Positions 26,801-35,800 of a stretch of 64,000 nt of DNA are shown in pieces. The position numbers and the translations under genes are program-made. The stretch's first letter is position 1. Every line of letters starts with the position of its first letter. Under the pieces are notes generated by a model. That model made no database searches. It was given only the letters and a program-made list of their open reading frames with translations, and was not told the origin of the DNA. Source of the DNA: Planctomycetota bacterium (lineage in GTDB: Bacteria; Planctomycetota; UBA8108; UBA1146); assembly GCA_002711105.1 (NCBI GenBank), contig PAIH01000044.1:33658-97657 (forward strand), read 5' to 3'.

Positions 26801-29666
26801 TGACGAGAATCGGCATTTCGATGTCATTTACGGTTACGACAAAACTAGATTCCGCTGTGTTTCCAGCAGCATCAACCAACGTGTAAGTAACCGTTGTTGA
26901 TCCAAGAGGAAACTGGAAACCAGAATCGTGCGTTCCAGTAAAACTGATTGTAGAGCAATTGTCAGATATCCCTGGCAATGCCCAGTTCACAACGGCAAAA
27001 CATTGTGCGGGATCATTACCAATACTCATATCTTCAGGAACTCCTGTTAAGGTCGGTAGCTGAGTATCCTGAACGGTAATCTCAAAACTGTGATCGGCTG
27101 CATTTCCATTCGCATCAAGAGCAGTAATGGTCACCGCTGTAGTTCCTACAGCGAATAAACTACCCGAATCGTGAGTATAGGAAATTGAGTCAATGGCACA
27201 ATTATCTTCGACTACAGGATCCACCCACGTAACGATTGCACCGCACAAATCTGGATCGTTTCCTAATGACATCGTTGACGGTGCAGAGGCGAATTCTGGA
27301 GATTGATTATCTTCGACATTGATCGTGAAAGTATCTGTCACGATGAGGCCACTAGAATCACTAACGGTATAAGTTACCTCGGTAGAACCCACCGAGAATA
27401 CTTCACCGCTTTGATGGCTAGAAAGAAATGAAGAAATCCCACAATCATCAGCTGAAGTAGGTTCGACCCACTCAACAACAGTTGTACATGTACCTGGATC
27501 TGTAACTGTCGAAATGTTACCTGGCATGTCAACGATCTCTGGGAAATGGTTATCCATGACTTCAACAATGAATGGGAAATCAGAAATGTTCCCGCTCAAA
27601 TCAATGACAGAGTAAGTAACTGTCGTAGATCCGACCGGGAATGTCGAACCAGGTGAATGTGTACTGGTAAGCGAAAAGATTCCGCAGTTATCGGTTGGTG
27701 TTGGTAAATTCCAGCTAACCTGTGCTTCGCAGGTGTCAATCGGAGCTTGTACGGTAATTAATGCAGTCACACCTTCTAGCCCTGGCGCCTCATCATCATT
27801 GACCAGCACCGTGAACATCGCCGTACTCACGTTGCCAGAAACATCTGTTGCGGTGTAAGTCACAATCGACAAACCCGGGGTAAAGAAATCCCCAGATTGA
27901 TGTGAAGAAACTAACGAAGCCATGCCGCAATCGTCAATAGCCCCAGGAAGATCCCAGGTGATAATTGCGCCGCACTGGCCCTCAGATGAAACGACAGAAA
28001 TCGGATCGGGCAAGTTGCTGATCACTGGATGGAATGGATCCGCATCTTCCTGACAGTCATCAGGAATACCGTCAATATTACAGTCCAGAGAAAATCCGTC
28101 GGCTATATCACAATCGTCAGGAACTCCATTGATATTGCAATCGAGTAAATCTCCAGAAGCTATCTGACACTCATCTGGGATTCCGTTTTCATCGCAATCA
28201 AGCTTGGTTCCATCTTCGAGTTCACATGAGTCGGGAATTCTATTGAGATTGCAATCTGGTTCTAATCCTTGAGTGACATCGCAAACGTCATCTTCAAGAT
28301 TCAGGTTGCAATCTGTGAACGCAGAAATCCAAACGGATTCTCCAAATTCTTCTCCAGCACATCCAACGAGGAGGAAAGGAATTTGACATGAAATGGAGGT
28401 GCCGAACTTATCGCCTGGATCCTGGTCGTTAACCGAAATCAGATTCTCAACTCGGCTCCATGCTCCATCCTCTTGACGAAGAATACAGACGTTTCCTTGG
28501 TCATCTCCTGCAAACGGAATACTGATGGCTACGGTTCGAACATCCAGTGCAACGGCACTACCAAAGAAACCCATCTCTTCAACCATAGTTGGTGCAAGTC
28601 TCTGAGGATTGATCCACATGTTGGCAAGCCGATCATAAAGATAGGCTGCTCCATCGGTTCCATCTTCTCCTGGAGCACCAACGATCAGGTGTTCCTGACT
28701 CATGTCCAAAGAAGTTCCGTATTGACCAAATGGCTGCGGTGTACCAGGTACTTTGGTGCCAGTTTCTATCCAAAGACCGGCAGCCTCTTCAAAAATGACA
28801 ACAGCTCCTGAGTTGGTCAAACCACTGGTATCTCGTCCAGGAGCTCCGCTTGCGATCTTGCCGTTGAACATTCTCACTGAAGATCCGAGGTGATCTCCCA
28901 CTTCTTCATTAGCGGCCTGGAGTTTTTGTTCCAACATCCACATGCCGGTGATTTGCGAAAAGACATAGACTGCTCCGGACCCATTGCCAGTTCCAGACAT
29001 CGTTGCACCGACGACTAATATTCCATCGTGAATGTCGACCGAGGTACCAAAAGACCAGCCTGGCTGAGCATCAAACGCTGTTACGGTGCCCTCGTAGTTC
29101 CACCAACCATTACCGACTCTCCGGTAAAGGTACACAGCACCACGACCAAGGAATTTTCCTGGCGCACCTACTGCAACGAGATCATCATCCACAGCAACAG
29201 AAGTACCAAAATGATCATCGATCCCGGCAGCGATGCCGAAGATCTTCATTTCTTCCATCCACTGGGTACCTATTCTTCGGAAAATATTCGCGGATCCTGT
29301 ATCCGTACCCATGAGATCATCAAATGGCGCACCAACAATTGTATATTGCGGGGTTGAATCTATGGACGATCCGAATCCTTGTCCAAAGGCTAGGCCCAGG
29401 CCAATAAGATCATCGATTCCTGGGTTACACTCATCCGGGATTCCGTCGAGGTTACAATCCTCGCTGGTGAGCAACTCGATGTCGCATTCATCGGGAATCA
29501 TGTTCCCGTTGCAATCATCACTGGTACCAAAATCGAGATCGCATTGATCGTCTACACCATTCTGATTGCAATCAACTGTAGGTTGACATTGGGCAGTCAG
29601 ATCAGATGAGATCAGTGCTATTCCGAACAACAAAGTAGTAATCAGATAGGCGACTCGGGGAAACAT
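14886..29666 (-). CDS. Giant secreted modular protein P2 (~4926 aa): DCN repeats, FG-GAP propeller, DCN repeats, ~45 HYR domains, 26 DCN repeats, dockerin-like C-terminal module
   Basis: One uninterrupted 14.8-kb ORF. The track start at 29687 is GTG. The ATG at 29666 has GGAGG 5 nt upstream and gives the signal peptide 'MFPRVAYLITTLLFGIALISSDLTAQ'. Confidence 0.9.
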   Translation of the reverse strand: MFPRVAYLITTLLFGIALISSDLTAQCQPTVDCNQNGVDDQCDLDFGTSDDCNGNMIPDECDIELLTSEDCNLDGIPDECNPGIDDLIGLGLAFGQGFGSSIDSTPQYTIVGAPFDDLMGTDTGSANIFRRIGTQWMEEMKIFGIAAGIDDHFGTSVAVDDDLVAVGAPGKFLGRGAVYLYRRVGNGWWNYEGTVTAFDAQPGWSFGTSVDIHDGILVVGATMSGTGNGSGAVYVFSQITGMWMLEQKLQAANEEVGDHLGSSVRMFNGKIASGAPGRDTSGLTNSGAVVIFEEAAGLWIETGTKVPGTPQPFGQYGTSLDMSQEHLIVGAPGEDGTDGAAYLYDRLANMWINPQRLAPTMVEEMGFFGSAVALDVRTVAISIPFAGDDQGNVCILRQEDGAWSRVENLISVNDQDPGDKFGTSISCQIPFLLVGCAGEEFGESVWISAFTDCNLNLEDDVCDVTQGLEPDCNLNRIPDSCELEDGTKLDCDENGIPDECQIASGDLLDCNINGVPDDCDIADGFSLDCNIDGIPDDCQEDADPFHPVISNLPDPISVVSSEGQCGAIITWDLPGAIDDCGMASLVSSHQSGDFFTPGLSIVTYTATDVSGNVSTAMFTVLVNDDEAPGLEGVTALITVQAPIDTCEAQVSWNLPTPTDNCGIFSLTSTHSPGSTFPVGSTTVTYSVIDLSGNISDFPFIVEVMDNHFPEIVDMPGNISTVTDPGTCTTVVEWVEPTSADDCGISSFLSSHQSGEVFSVGSTEVTYTVSDSSGLIVTDTFTINVEDNQSPEFASAPSTMSLGNDPDLCGAIVTWVDPVVEDNCAIDSISYTHDSGSLFAVGTTAVTITALDANGNAADHSFEITVQDTQLPTLTGVPEDMSIGNDPAQCFAVVNWALPGISDNCSTISFTGTHDSGFQFPLGSTTVTYTLVDAAGNTAESSFVVTVNDIEMPILVNMPLSISVTNDEGQCGANVEWDDPIPWDNCNLTDFDVSHQSGAYFPIGTTTVDFVVFDGIGQTTIASIEITVDDEEDPKINGMPADRTIPAEAGLCSATNDWTQPVPSDNCEVVSFAASHQPGDSFSVGTTEVSYTVEDSAGIVVTDQFLITVIDSETPEIIRIPDNAVIFADQDECSTVVEWIAPDSQDNCGIATFDITHASGSSFTTGVTTVEISTEDLHGNQASASFTVTVLDDQEPVLSGVPSNIAVSIDAGQCGATITWDEPVATDNCQIVGFGSDIPNGSFYSVGTTIVTYSVSDPSGNESEASFSISITDDEDPEFVGLQNLLVVDSDPGVCGATVSWDQPQVSDNCGVDTITSSHQSGEIFALGDTAVDLLATDIHGNETAASFTIRVLDQELPQVFGVSDDIATSTEEGVCGAIVTWTEPIYADNCSASGLGSDIPSGSFFAVGTTVVTYSVVDSAGNENSSSFSVTVTDTEGPIFTGLQEIVLSSNSAGLCSSIVTWDSPVVTDNCGMSDTILSHESGQEFQVGDTVVTLLATDVHENETAVSFIVRVLDEEAPLISSLPQDRLVQNEAGQCGATVIWDEPSATDNCQALEIESDHASGSVFEVGTTIVTFTVSDTNGLVSTESFEITVVDLELPVITALPTDMTLVANPGTCSAEHEWVSPEVSDNCIVLSFMSNFQSGDSFPVGVNNIAYTAQDPTGNIQTESFTVTVLDEEFPVIHDVPADFQVSTDFGLCTATVDWAQETSSDNCGILEHASSMQPQDVFELGTTIVDIVVTDLSGNSVSDSFTVTVIDDESPMILGMPADITQGSDPAVCGATVTWEQPTTSDNCQALQLSSDIVSGSIFPLGTTQVTYSVSDPSGNNGTASFTVTIEDVEAPVISLMPADIETVAPEGFCETLVSWTEPTATDCVSYEISSDAVNGGSFAIGETLVTYTATDPSGNIRTETFAISVLDQEQPQIVDLTTVVQVDSSPGSCLGVATWTEPTANDCSGIVSLDPSQPNGTEFPVGSTEVIYTATDGSGNVSTANFTVLVIDVEAPLILGMPADISVANETGICTAAVVWEDPTSTDNCQVLLLSSDIANGSTFAIGNTVVTYTVEDTSGNIGTASFAVTVEDVEAPVIQEMSQDLEVVAPEGSCEAIVSWIEPTATDCVSHEISSDVVNGGPFSIGDTLVTYTAIDPSGNSSTDTFVVTVLDQEQPQIVDLPAVVQVDSSPGSCLGVATWTEPTASDCSGILSLDTSQLSGTEFPVGSTEVIYTAIDGSGNIATASFTVTVVDSELPVISDLPADIALEAEPSLCGAIATWEEPTSSDNCQDLGLSSNFASGFFFEVGTTVVTYSVSDTSGNLKEESFLVTIDDTQGPAIDGVLVDVIIGAEPGVCGSSHDWDVPAFLDNCGIAEVIASHQPGDFFPQGLTTVTYLVTDNAGQSAEDSFTVQVADLESPQILVMPADVVLENDPGVCGAAHLWDLPETFDNCEVNALVSNHQPGDIFPLGQTTVIYTAQDPTGNVVSDQFTITVNDLEGPVFNGLPDVITVSCDPGTCTAQVEWVPPVPTDNCELLDYSISHQPGDVFALGTSTVFLEGSDIHGNQSAATFSIVVLDQESPVIAGTPDDITLSAIEGICGAIAEWTEPTATDNCQQLALSPDLASGSFFEVGSTVVTYSVSDPSGNPAESSFTVTVTDDEAPVFSSVPTDFTVATEPGICGAVVSWQEPSATDNCAVDSLNLDLENGTFLDKGEYLVTANTVDIHGNSHTEQFTVTVADMEDPQLFDIPEDITIIVEVGECKSVASWIPPTTSDNCAGEILASNYASDTYFVVGVTEVRYVATDTSGNTHEETFNVTVIDDQFPVIAGVSEDIQVFTDPGLCTAVVDWIQETSSDNCWIEEHVSSKMPGDAFDLGLTTVEISVTDPSGNVSTASFTVTVIDDENPQLLNMPDDLTIGTDLGSCGAVVTWTEPNPSDNCEAIEFTSDIANGTFFEVGPTVVTYSVQDPSGNSHSDSFLIFVSEDEAPVISDMPSDVVLNVESGVCGSTFDWTPPTITDNCTVDQILSTHQPGDFFNVGSTTVSYTAIDTAENETGASFTILVEDDEQPVINAVPVDVTLSTDSGVCGAAHEWSAPEVTDNCEVDVFQQTHTTGDLFPVGETTVVFTAQDLAGNITEQQFVVTVIDDELPEISGVSADIQIDTDPGLCSAVVNWVSEESSDNCGVFEHSSSHQPGDLFELGTTTVEITVTDVNENTSISTFNVIVVDNEAPSILGLPENISTESDEGVCGALINWVEPTAADNCQIVGLSSDIQSGTLFEVGNTVVTYTVGDPSGNSTSSSFVVTVTDTEAPTIADMPADVSLSAQAGQCGSTFDWIPPTVTDNCQISTVESTQQPGDFLIVGSTTVTYTATDNAGHVTTASFTVDVLDEEVPVIHDMPVDVVLSIFPGTCSAGFEWPEPSATDNCSIVSLGSDIQTGHVFELGNTTVTYTTEDTAGLVNTAEFTVTVIDDELPVISNIPDRVLVNTANNECTAVAEWDAPLAEDNCELISFTSTHTSGDVFPSGDTVVSLVAIDASGNMIEFDFLVTVTDIQIPTIIGLPTDFGAVTNPGICGSLVTWNLPFAVDNCGVESLTSDFSSGTFMTPGVTTVTYTAIDVNGNILITGFDVTVVDSEFPEFIAPPTDIQVISEAGLCDAAVDWSEISATDNCGVESIESTHVSGDRFPVGVTEVATLATDLSGNISTHSFFITVTDAEVPLVTSTPLDITVENDLSVCGALVSWEEPVASDNCTVEILDSNYLSGDLFEVGVTSITYIATDSSGNTAEVTFSVTVLDTEVPQIDGLPQIIEANTDIGECTAIVDWELPTFTDNCAVFNTMSTHVPGDVFPIGDTVVTYSASDTADLITTVAFMVTVSDQEPPQISGMPADMVVSNDPGSCGTDVSWISPSATDNCGVGNLTSDVENSSFFVLGSTTVTYIATDTHGNTFDSSFQVTVEDLEPPVLHGLPSIIEIGSAQDQCGAVATWGAPESIDNCEVAEVTQTHSSGDFFPVGVTTVSYLVSDTSGNEAVYSFDIDVADVQGPEISGLPAFIELDNTSSQCGAVVTWEDPTIEDACGTVTFSSTHSSGEFFPAGATEVVYTASDTSGNDTTSGFVVTVLDTELPIITSIPEDQIVTAPPGHCAAAVNWEFPTATDNCEVAQLVTSFYSGMEYGVGTTTVIVVATDSSDNQVTSSFQITVLDDEDPQIVGLPTDLTYTTQAGICGASITWLEPTGIDGCGLASFESSHDSGSFFTVGTTLVTYVAIDISGNSVSESFNVTVIDDESATITPPLPLTVTAPAGECGALVEVPELETTDACGEVTVVNDFNGTANASGFYPRGNTLINWTATDTNGNLSFTAGIVTVLIDSPDCNNNNNPDVCDIVEGNSLDCNLDGVPDECQPDCDGDGIPNDCEIEQGSSLDCDEDGLPDSCEINNGTEADCDSDGILDGCEIASGTETDCDLSGIPDSCEISAGVVLDCNANGQPDSCDIESGVELDCDFDGFVDSCQISAGSATDCDLDGVIDSCELISGTEVDCNSNGILDDCDLATGQDTDCNQNQVLDTCDLATGVSSDCNANGTLDVCDLEAGTASDCDANGVPDSCEISSGAAPDCNSNGIPDSCDLIDGVAEDCNSSGVPDSCEVSTGAVPDCNSNGIPDSCDISNGTSDCDGNGVPDNCDVGNGQVADCNNNGIPDACDLASGLEDDCDGTGVPDSCEVFTGTANDCNLNGVPDSCDIASGTWADCDLDGDIDSCEIDLGVEQDCNGTGVPDSCEISTGVANDCNENEVPDSCDLLDGTLSDCNVNSIPDLCEISEGIADDCNSNGIPDACDLVSGAATDLDGDGIPDSCQVNFYRGDGNGDGIVNIADGVFLLVNLFAGGLDPSCDDAADANDDGTVDVSDVISILGFQFNGTSPPPPPFDSCGVDPTDSDGLGCALYNACP
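14889..15164 (-). other. Dockerin-like C-terminal module of P2, ending in ...CALYNACP
   Basis: 'GDGNGDGIVNIAD' and 'DANDDGTVDVSD' loops, a PPPPP linker, then 'CGVDPTDSDGLGC'. Confidence 0.7.
15165..16615 (-). repeat. 26 tandem DCNxNGxPDxC(D/E) repeats of ~18.6 aa in P2
   Basis: Counted by eye from 'DCNNNNNPDVCD' to 'DLDGDGIPDSC'. Confidence 0.85.
16640..28040 (-). repeat. HYR domain array of P2, ~45 units
   Basis: The count is array length divided by the ~249-nt period. The consensus is the same as in P1. Confidence 0.8.
28320..29426 (-). other. FG-GAP-like beta-propeller of P2
   Basis: 'GFGSSIDSTPQYTIVGAPFDD', 'HFGTSVAVDDDLVAVGAPG...GAVYLY' and further blades. Confidence 0.7.
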
Positions 29667-29760
29667 CGCACCTCCAAGATGGAGCACACTTCAGTTATCT
29701 AGTCAGACGAACTTCTTCACTCAAATGTTCTGAAGTCGGCATTGGGCTTTTACTTACTTG

Positions 29761-29792
29761 TCTCTGGCACCCAGCTTCCTGGGCGCCGGAGA
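29761..29792 (-). terminator. Imperfect 14-bp hairpin between P3 and P2 (weak terminator or attenuator)
   Basis: tctctggcacccag-cttc-ctgggcgccggaga, with one wobble, one mismatch and no clear U tract. Confidence 0.3.
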
Positions 29793-29809
29793 CTTAACGG
29801 GTCAATTAG

Positions 29810-32800
29810 TTAGGGACAGATGGAGTAAGAATCGCAACCGATGCTTACACCGTCCGGGTCGAGTCCACAGAAGCCGTAAGGATCTGCAGGTGGCGCACTA
29901 GCCAAGAACAGGTGCTGCAGTAGGTAAATTACATCACTGATGTCTAGACTCTCGTCATCATTGCAGTCTCCGGTGTCGAGGCAGCTCAGTTCTGGACCGA
30001 TTCCGACAACGTACTCAAGGATGTAAATCGGATCGGTAAGGTCTACGTTTCCAGTGCCATTTGCATCTCCACGTCGGAAAGGCTGCTCGCACTCATCTGG
30101 CGTGCCATTACTGTTCGTATCTGCGCTTCCTCCGGAGGTGATGTCACAATCGTCCGGAGTGCCATTGCCATTGCAATCGGCTTCGCATTCATCAGGTATT
30201 CCATTCATGTTGCAATCGTTAGCTGCACCACTGGCAATCTCACAAATGTCTGGCTGGCCATTCTCATTGCAATCGGTCTCGTCAACGACGACCGTCACAG
30301 ATTGCGTTGTAGTGGCTTCATTTCCGTAAACATCAGTAACGATCCAGGTAATGACAGTCGTACCAAGATCGTATGTGCCAGAGGCATCTGAAGTACCTGT
30401 GTAATCATTGGTCACCGAACCAACTTGACAGTTATCTGCCGTTGCAGGTGCCGGAATATCAAGCTCGGAATTACACGTTTCTGAGGTAGCCACGACCGTG
30501 ATATCCCCGGAGCTCTCAATTGTTGGATCTTCTTCGTCAAGTACAGTGACATTGAAAGAGCTGGTGACACTATTTCCGGAAGCATCCGTCACTGTTATCT
30601 GCACTTCCGTACTGCCAACCTCGAACGAATCTCCAGAGTCATGAGTCAAATCTAGACTCTCTCCGGGACAGTTGTCTTCGGAGCTAGGCGCAAGCCATTC
30701 GACCGAAGCAGCACACTGACCAGGATCATTGTTTGTGGTGATGTTCGCTGGAACAGCAAGGATCTGTGGAAGCTCAGAGTCCTGAACGGAAATTGTAAAG
30801 CCACCAACGGCTTTGTTTCCGTACTGATCAACCGCAGTAATTGTTACAGTAGTCGTTCCAATCGGGAATGCAGATCCTGAGGAATGACTACTCTGCAAAT
30901 CGACAGTATCGCAATTGTCCTGTGCACTCGGCAAAGCCCAATCGACCGTTGCTTCGCACTGTCCCTGATCATTCGAAACTGAAACATTTTCCGGAATGTT
31001 GAGTAACTCTGGATCCTCATTGTCCATAACAGTTACTTCGAAGGAAGCGATCGTACGATTCCCCGCAGTGTCAGTTGCTGCGAAAGTTACCGGAGTGGTT
31101 CCTACAGGGAAGTAAGTTCCTGGTACGTGGGTTTCCTCGAAGACCAAGATCGCACAATTGTCTGTGGAGGTAGCTTGCTGCCATGTAACTAAGGCACCGC
31201 AAACTCCAGGATCGTTGGACACGGTGATGTTAGCGGGCACATCCAGGATTACTGGATATTCTTCATCCACCACGACAACGGTGAAACTACCGCTTGTATC
31301 GTTACCGTGGATATCGACGCTGGTGTACGTCACGTCTGTCGATCCAACTGCGAAGGTGTCGCCAGGAAGATGGGTAGACGTCATTTCAGAAACACCACAG
31401 TTATCAGTCGACGTCGGATCATCCCAGAGAGCAGTAGCCGAACAGAAGCCAAGTTCTGAACTGTACATGAGATCGCCAGGTAGATCGTGAATCATCGGGT
31501 TTTCTGCGTCAGTGATTGTGATTGTGAAGGATTCCGTGGCCAAGTTTCCATGGATGTCGGTCGTGGTCAGGGTCACTTCTGTGGTACCAACTGCGAAGAA
31601 ACCTCCGCTGCTGTGAGTTGTTTCCGTCGACTGGATGCCGCAGTTGTCAATAGTTGTCGGCTCAGTCCATGTCACGATCGCACCGCAATGACTTTCATCG
31701 TTTTGTTGATCCATATCAGCAGGCGTGCCGATGATTTGAGGAAGTTCTTGATCTTCAACCGTGACGATGAAGCTATCGCTGTGTGAGTTTCCATGGATGT
31801 CGGTCGCTGTGTACGTCACGACTGTCTCACCGACTGGAAGGGCTGTACCACTTGCAACAGTGGATATAAGTGTGTCCACTGCACAGTTGTCACTTGTAAG
31901 TGGATCGTCCCAGTTGGCAATTCCCTCGCAAAGACCAGGCTCTGTCGGAATCGTGATTCGTTCCGGCAAATCGATGATCTGTGGAGCTTCTACATCCGTA
32001 ACAGTGACGGAGAACGCAACGGTCGTCGTATTACCGTACAGATCAGCGGTGCTGTAGCTCACATCCGTGGTCCCAACCGGGAAAGAATCTCCTGGCTGAT
32101 GTGTAGCAGTACTGTCCTGAATACCACAATTATCGGTGATTGCAGGGTCGTCCCACATTGCTGTCGCTGTACAGACACCAGGCTCCGTGTTGTACGTGAG
32201 CCCATCCGGAAGACCAGCGATGACTGGATTTTCAGTATCTTCGATCGTCACCACGAAAGCCGCCGAGGTGGTGTTTCCGTGTATATCTGTAGCAATCAAC
32301 ATCACCGCAGTGGTTCCTACATCAAAGAAATCTCCACTGGAATGACTCATTTCGAATGTGTCGATCCCGCAGTTATCTTCAGCTGAAGGTGCTGCCCACG
32401 TTGTGATGGCGCCACATTCTCCAGCATCATTTTGTGAAGTTACATCAGCTGGAATATCGAGTATCTGTGGCGATTCTTGATCAACAACTTCAATGATGAA
32501 CAGCTCTGTTGTCTGGTTATCGTGAATATCCGTAGCGGTAACAGTGACAGTTGTCTCACCTACGGGGAATTGAACTCCTGAGCTATGGCTCAAAGTAATG
32601 CTAGAAACTGCGCAGTTATCCGTTGCTATCGGATCATCCCAAGAAACTGACGCGCTACAGAGTCCTGATTCACTGGAAGAGGTGACGCGCTCCGGAAGAT
32701 CTACAAACACTGGGTTCTCATCATCTGTGATAGTGATGAGGAAGTTATCTGAGGTAACATTTCCATGAATGTCGCTCGTAGTGTAAGTAACCAGGGTCTC

Positions 32801-35800
32801 TCCAACCGGGAAACTCTGTCCTGATTGATGATCCGATTCCAGGCTTTCGATTTCACAGTTGTCCGTACTCGTTACCGTATCCCAGTTGACGACAGCAGAA
32901 CAAAGTCCTGCTTCTGCAGTCATTTCCATGTCTGAAGGCATGCCTACCAGGATTGGTGCTTCGTCATCAGTGATGGTCACCTTGAATTTATCAGCAACCA
33001 CGTTTCCATGACTATCCATAGCCGTGTAGATCACATCGCTGCTACCAACAGGGAAGAAATCGCCAGGCTGATGACTCGAATCTAGTGTGACTTCAATACA
33101 GTTGTCCGATGCTGTCGGCTCAGTCCATGTAACTGAAGCACCACATAAGCCAGACTCTGCTGTAGCAGTGAAATCGAGGGGCATTCCCGCGATTTCAGGA
33201 TCTTGGTCGTCATCAACGGTGACCAAGAAACTAGCAGTTTGAACATTCTCGTGAACATCCGTTGCGGTCAGAGTGACTTCGGTGGTTCCAACCTCGAAGA
33301 AGTCGCCACTGGCATGGCTGCTCGTGAAAGTCAAAATCGCACAGTTATCAGAAGCATCGGGCTCAACCCAGGTAACACTCGCGCCGCATTCGTCCAAATC
33401 GTTCGAATTGGCACTGTCCGCAGGCACATTAGTGATCTGAGGAACTTCTTGATCTTCTACGGTAACAATGAAGGCCTGGCTGGTGGTGTTGCCATGAATA
33501 TCGGTCACGGTGTAAACCACATCCGTGTCACCGACAGGAAGCATCGAACCACTTTCGACGCTCACCTCTAGCATCGCCACACCGCAGTTATCAGAAGTAT
33601 CTGGATCTTCCCATGAGGTAGTTCCTTCACAAATCCCGGGTTCCGTTGGGATCGTGATTCGCTCGGGAAGATTGATGATCAGAGGATCTTCAACATCTGT
33701 GACTGTTACTAACATGACATCCTCGGTCGTATTTCCGTGGATATCGGTCAGTGTGATCGTCACCTCGGTAGTACCAACGTCGAAGTAGGTATCTGGATCA
33801 TGGCTGGACAAGAGACTTTGGACTCCACAGTTATCTTCGCCTGTAGGCGCAGTCCAAGTCGCAAGAGCAGAGCAAAGACCAGCCTCCGAGCCCAATTGAA
33901 TGTCTTCTGGCATTCCAATAATGGCTGGAGCCTGTGTATCCGTAACAACAACATTGAAAGTACTTGTCGTGATGTTGAAGTGATTGTCGGTTGCAGTAAG
34001 TGTTACTTGTGTAGTTCCGACCGGGAAAACATCTCCGGAGTCGTGAGTAGATTCAAAACTAAGAACACCACAATTATCCGTAGCACTTGGAGGATCCCAG
34101 GTCGCAGCTGCGGTGCAAAGTCCGAGCTCCGCATCAATCTCAACTATTGCCGGAGCATCCAAAATCTCCGCCATTTCATTATCCAGCACAGTCACAACGA
34201 ATGAATGAGTTGCGATGTTTCCGTAGATATCCATGGCAGTGTAAGTCACTTCAGTCGGACCAACTGGGAACACGGTACCTGGCAAGTGAGTGGTACCAAG
34301 GCTCATTATCTGACAGTTGTCCGCAGGAATTGGGGTATCCCAATTTGTGACTGCGGAACAAAGCCCAGGATCGTTGGGAAGACTAATCTCGTCAGGAGCC
34401 TCAACAAATGTCGGAGCTTCCTCGTCAACAATCGTCACTGTCAAAACAGCAGTGTTTTGATTGTTGTGAATATCTGTTGCTGTGTAAGTCACAAGGGTAT
34501 CGCCGACACTGAATATCCACCCTGACTCATGTGAAGAAGTCAGCTCAGAAATACCGCAATTATCTGCAGCAGTTGGAGATTCCCAGGTCGCAATTCCATC
34601 ACAGCTTCCCTCACTATTGGTGAAGGAAACCGACGCAACTAATCCGGAGATAGTCGGAATCTCATCGTCTTCGATGGTGACAAAGAAACTCGCGGTTGAT
34701 TGCAATCCAGAATCATCAGTTGCGGTGTAAGTAACTTCGGTCATTCCCACGGGGAAAATATCACCAGGAGCATGATCAGGTTCAAGAGAGCTAACAATAC
34801 AGTTATCACTTGCAGTCGGGGCTTCCCAGGTAGCTGCAGCGCCGCATTGGCCTGTCTCGTTACTCATCACAATGTCAGCTGGCATATCTGAAATGACCGG
34901 GTGCTCAATATCGTCGATCGTGACGATGAATGAGTCCTTGGTGACATTGTTGTTCACATCCGTCAGGGTGTAGGTAACCGTGGTCATTCCAACTTGGAAT
35001 GTTGATCCCGGTTCGTTTGTCGTTTCGAGTGAAGCGATTCCACAGTTGTCATCGAAGACAGGATCTGCCCAAGCTACCGTGGCTCCACAAACCCCAGGTA
35101 GACTGTCAGTGGAAATATCCGCTGGTAATCCAGAAAGAGTCGGGGCCTGATCATCTACGACAGTGACGCTGAATGATTCCAGTGCGATGTTGCCGTAGAT
35201 ATCAGTAGCAGTGTATGTAACCACAGTAGTTCCGACGGGATAGTCGGTTTGAGGCTGGTGATTAGCCACCAGAGTAGCTGCCTCACAATTATCGCTAGCA
35301 TCAGGAAGTTCCCAATCGACATTGGCAGTGCACAGTCCCGGCTCGGCAGTAACCGAAATGTCTTCTGGCATCCTGGCAATCGATGGAGCTTCCGAATCAA
35401 GAACCTCGACATTGAAAGCGAAATCCAGGACATTCCCATTGCCATCATCGACACTCAAGGTGACGTTGGTAACACCGATATCGAAGAGGTGTCCAGACGA
35501 ATGGCTTATCGTGACAAGCAGGCTATCGCAATTATCACTGGCTTCTGGAGCCATCCACTCGTAAACCGCTCCGCATACTCCAGTGTCATTATCGATAATC
35601 ACAGAAGAAGGAACACCTGTGACTACAGGATCTTCGTCATCGATAACAGTCATCTCGAATGAAGATTCGCTTTGGTTGCCCTGTGCATCCGTTGCGGTGT
35701 ATGTAACAAGTGTTACACCAACGGGGAATGCATCACCCGGGTTAAGATTTGAAGACACAGTCGATCCGGGGCAATTATCTTCAATTGTCGGAGCTGCCCA

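Noticed and set aside
16640-28040. The regular ~249-nt periodicity could be mistaken for a CRISPR-like or satellite repeat array.
   Set aside because: The period is coding (83-aa Ig-like domains). The units are strongly diverged at nucleotide level. There are no short identical direct repeats with unique spacers and no cas genes.
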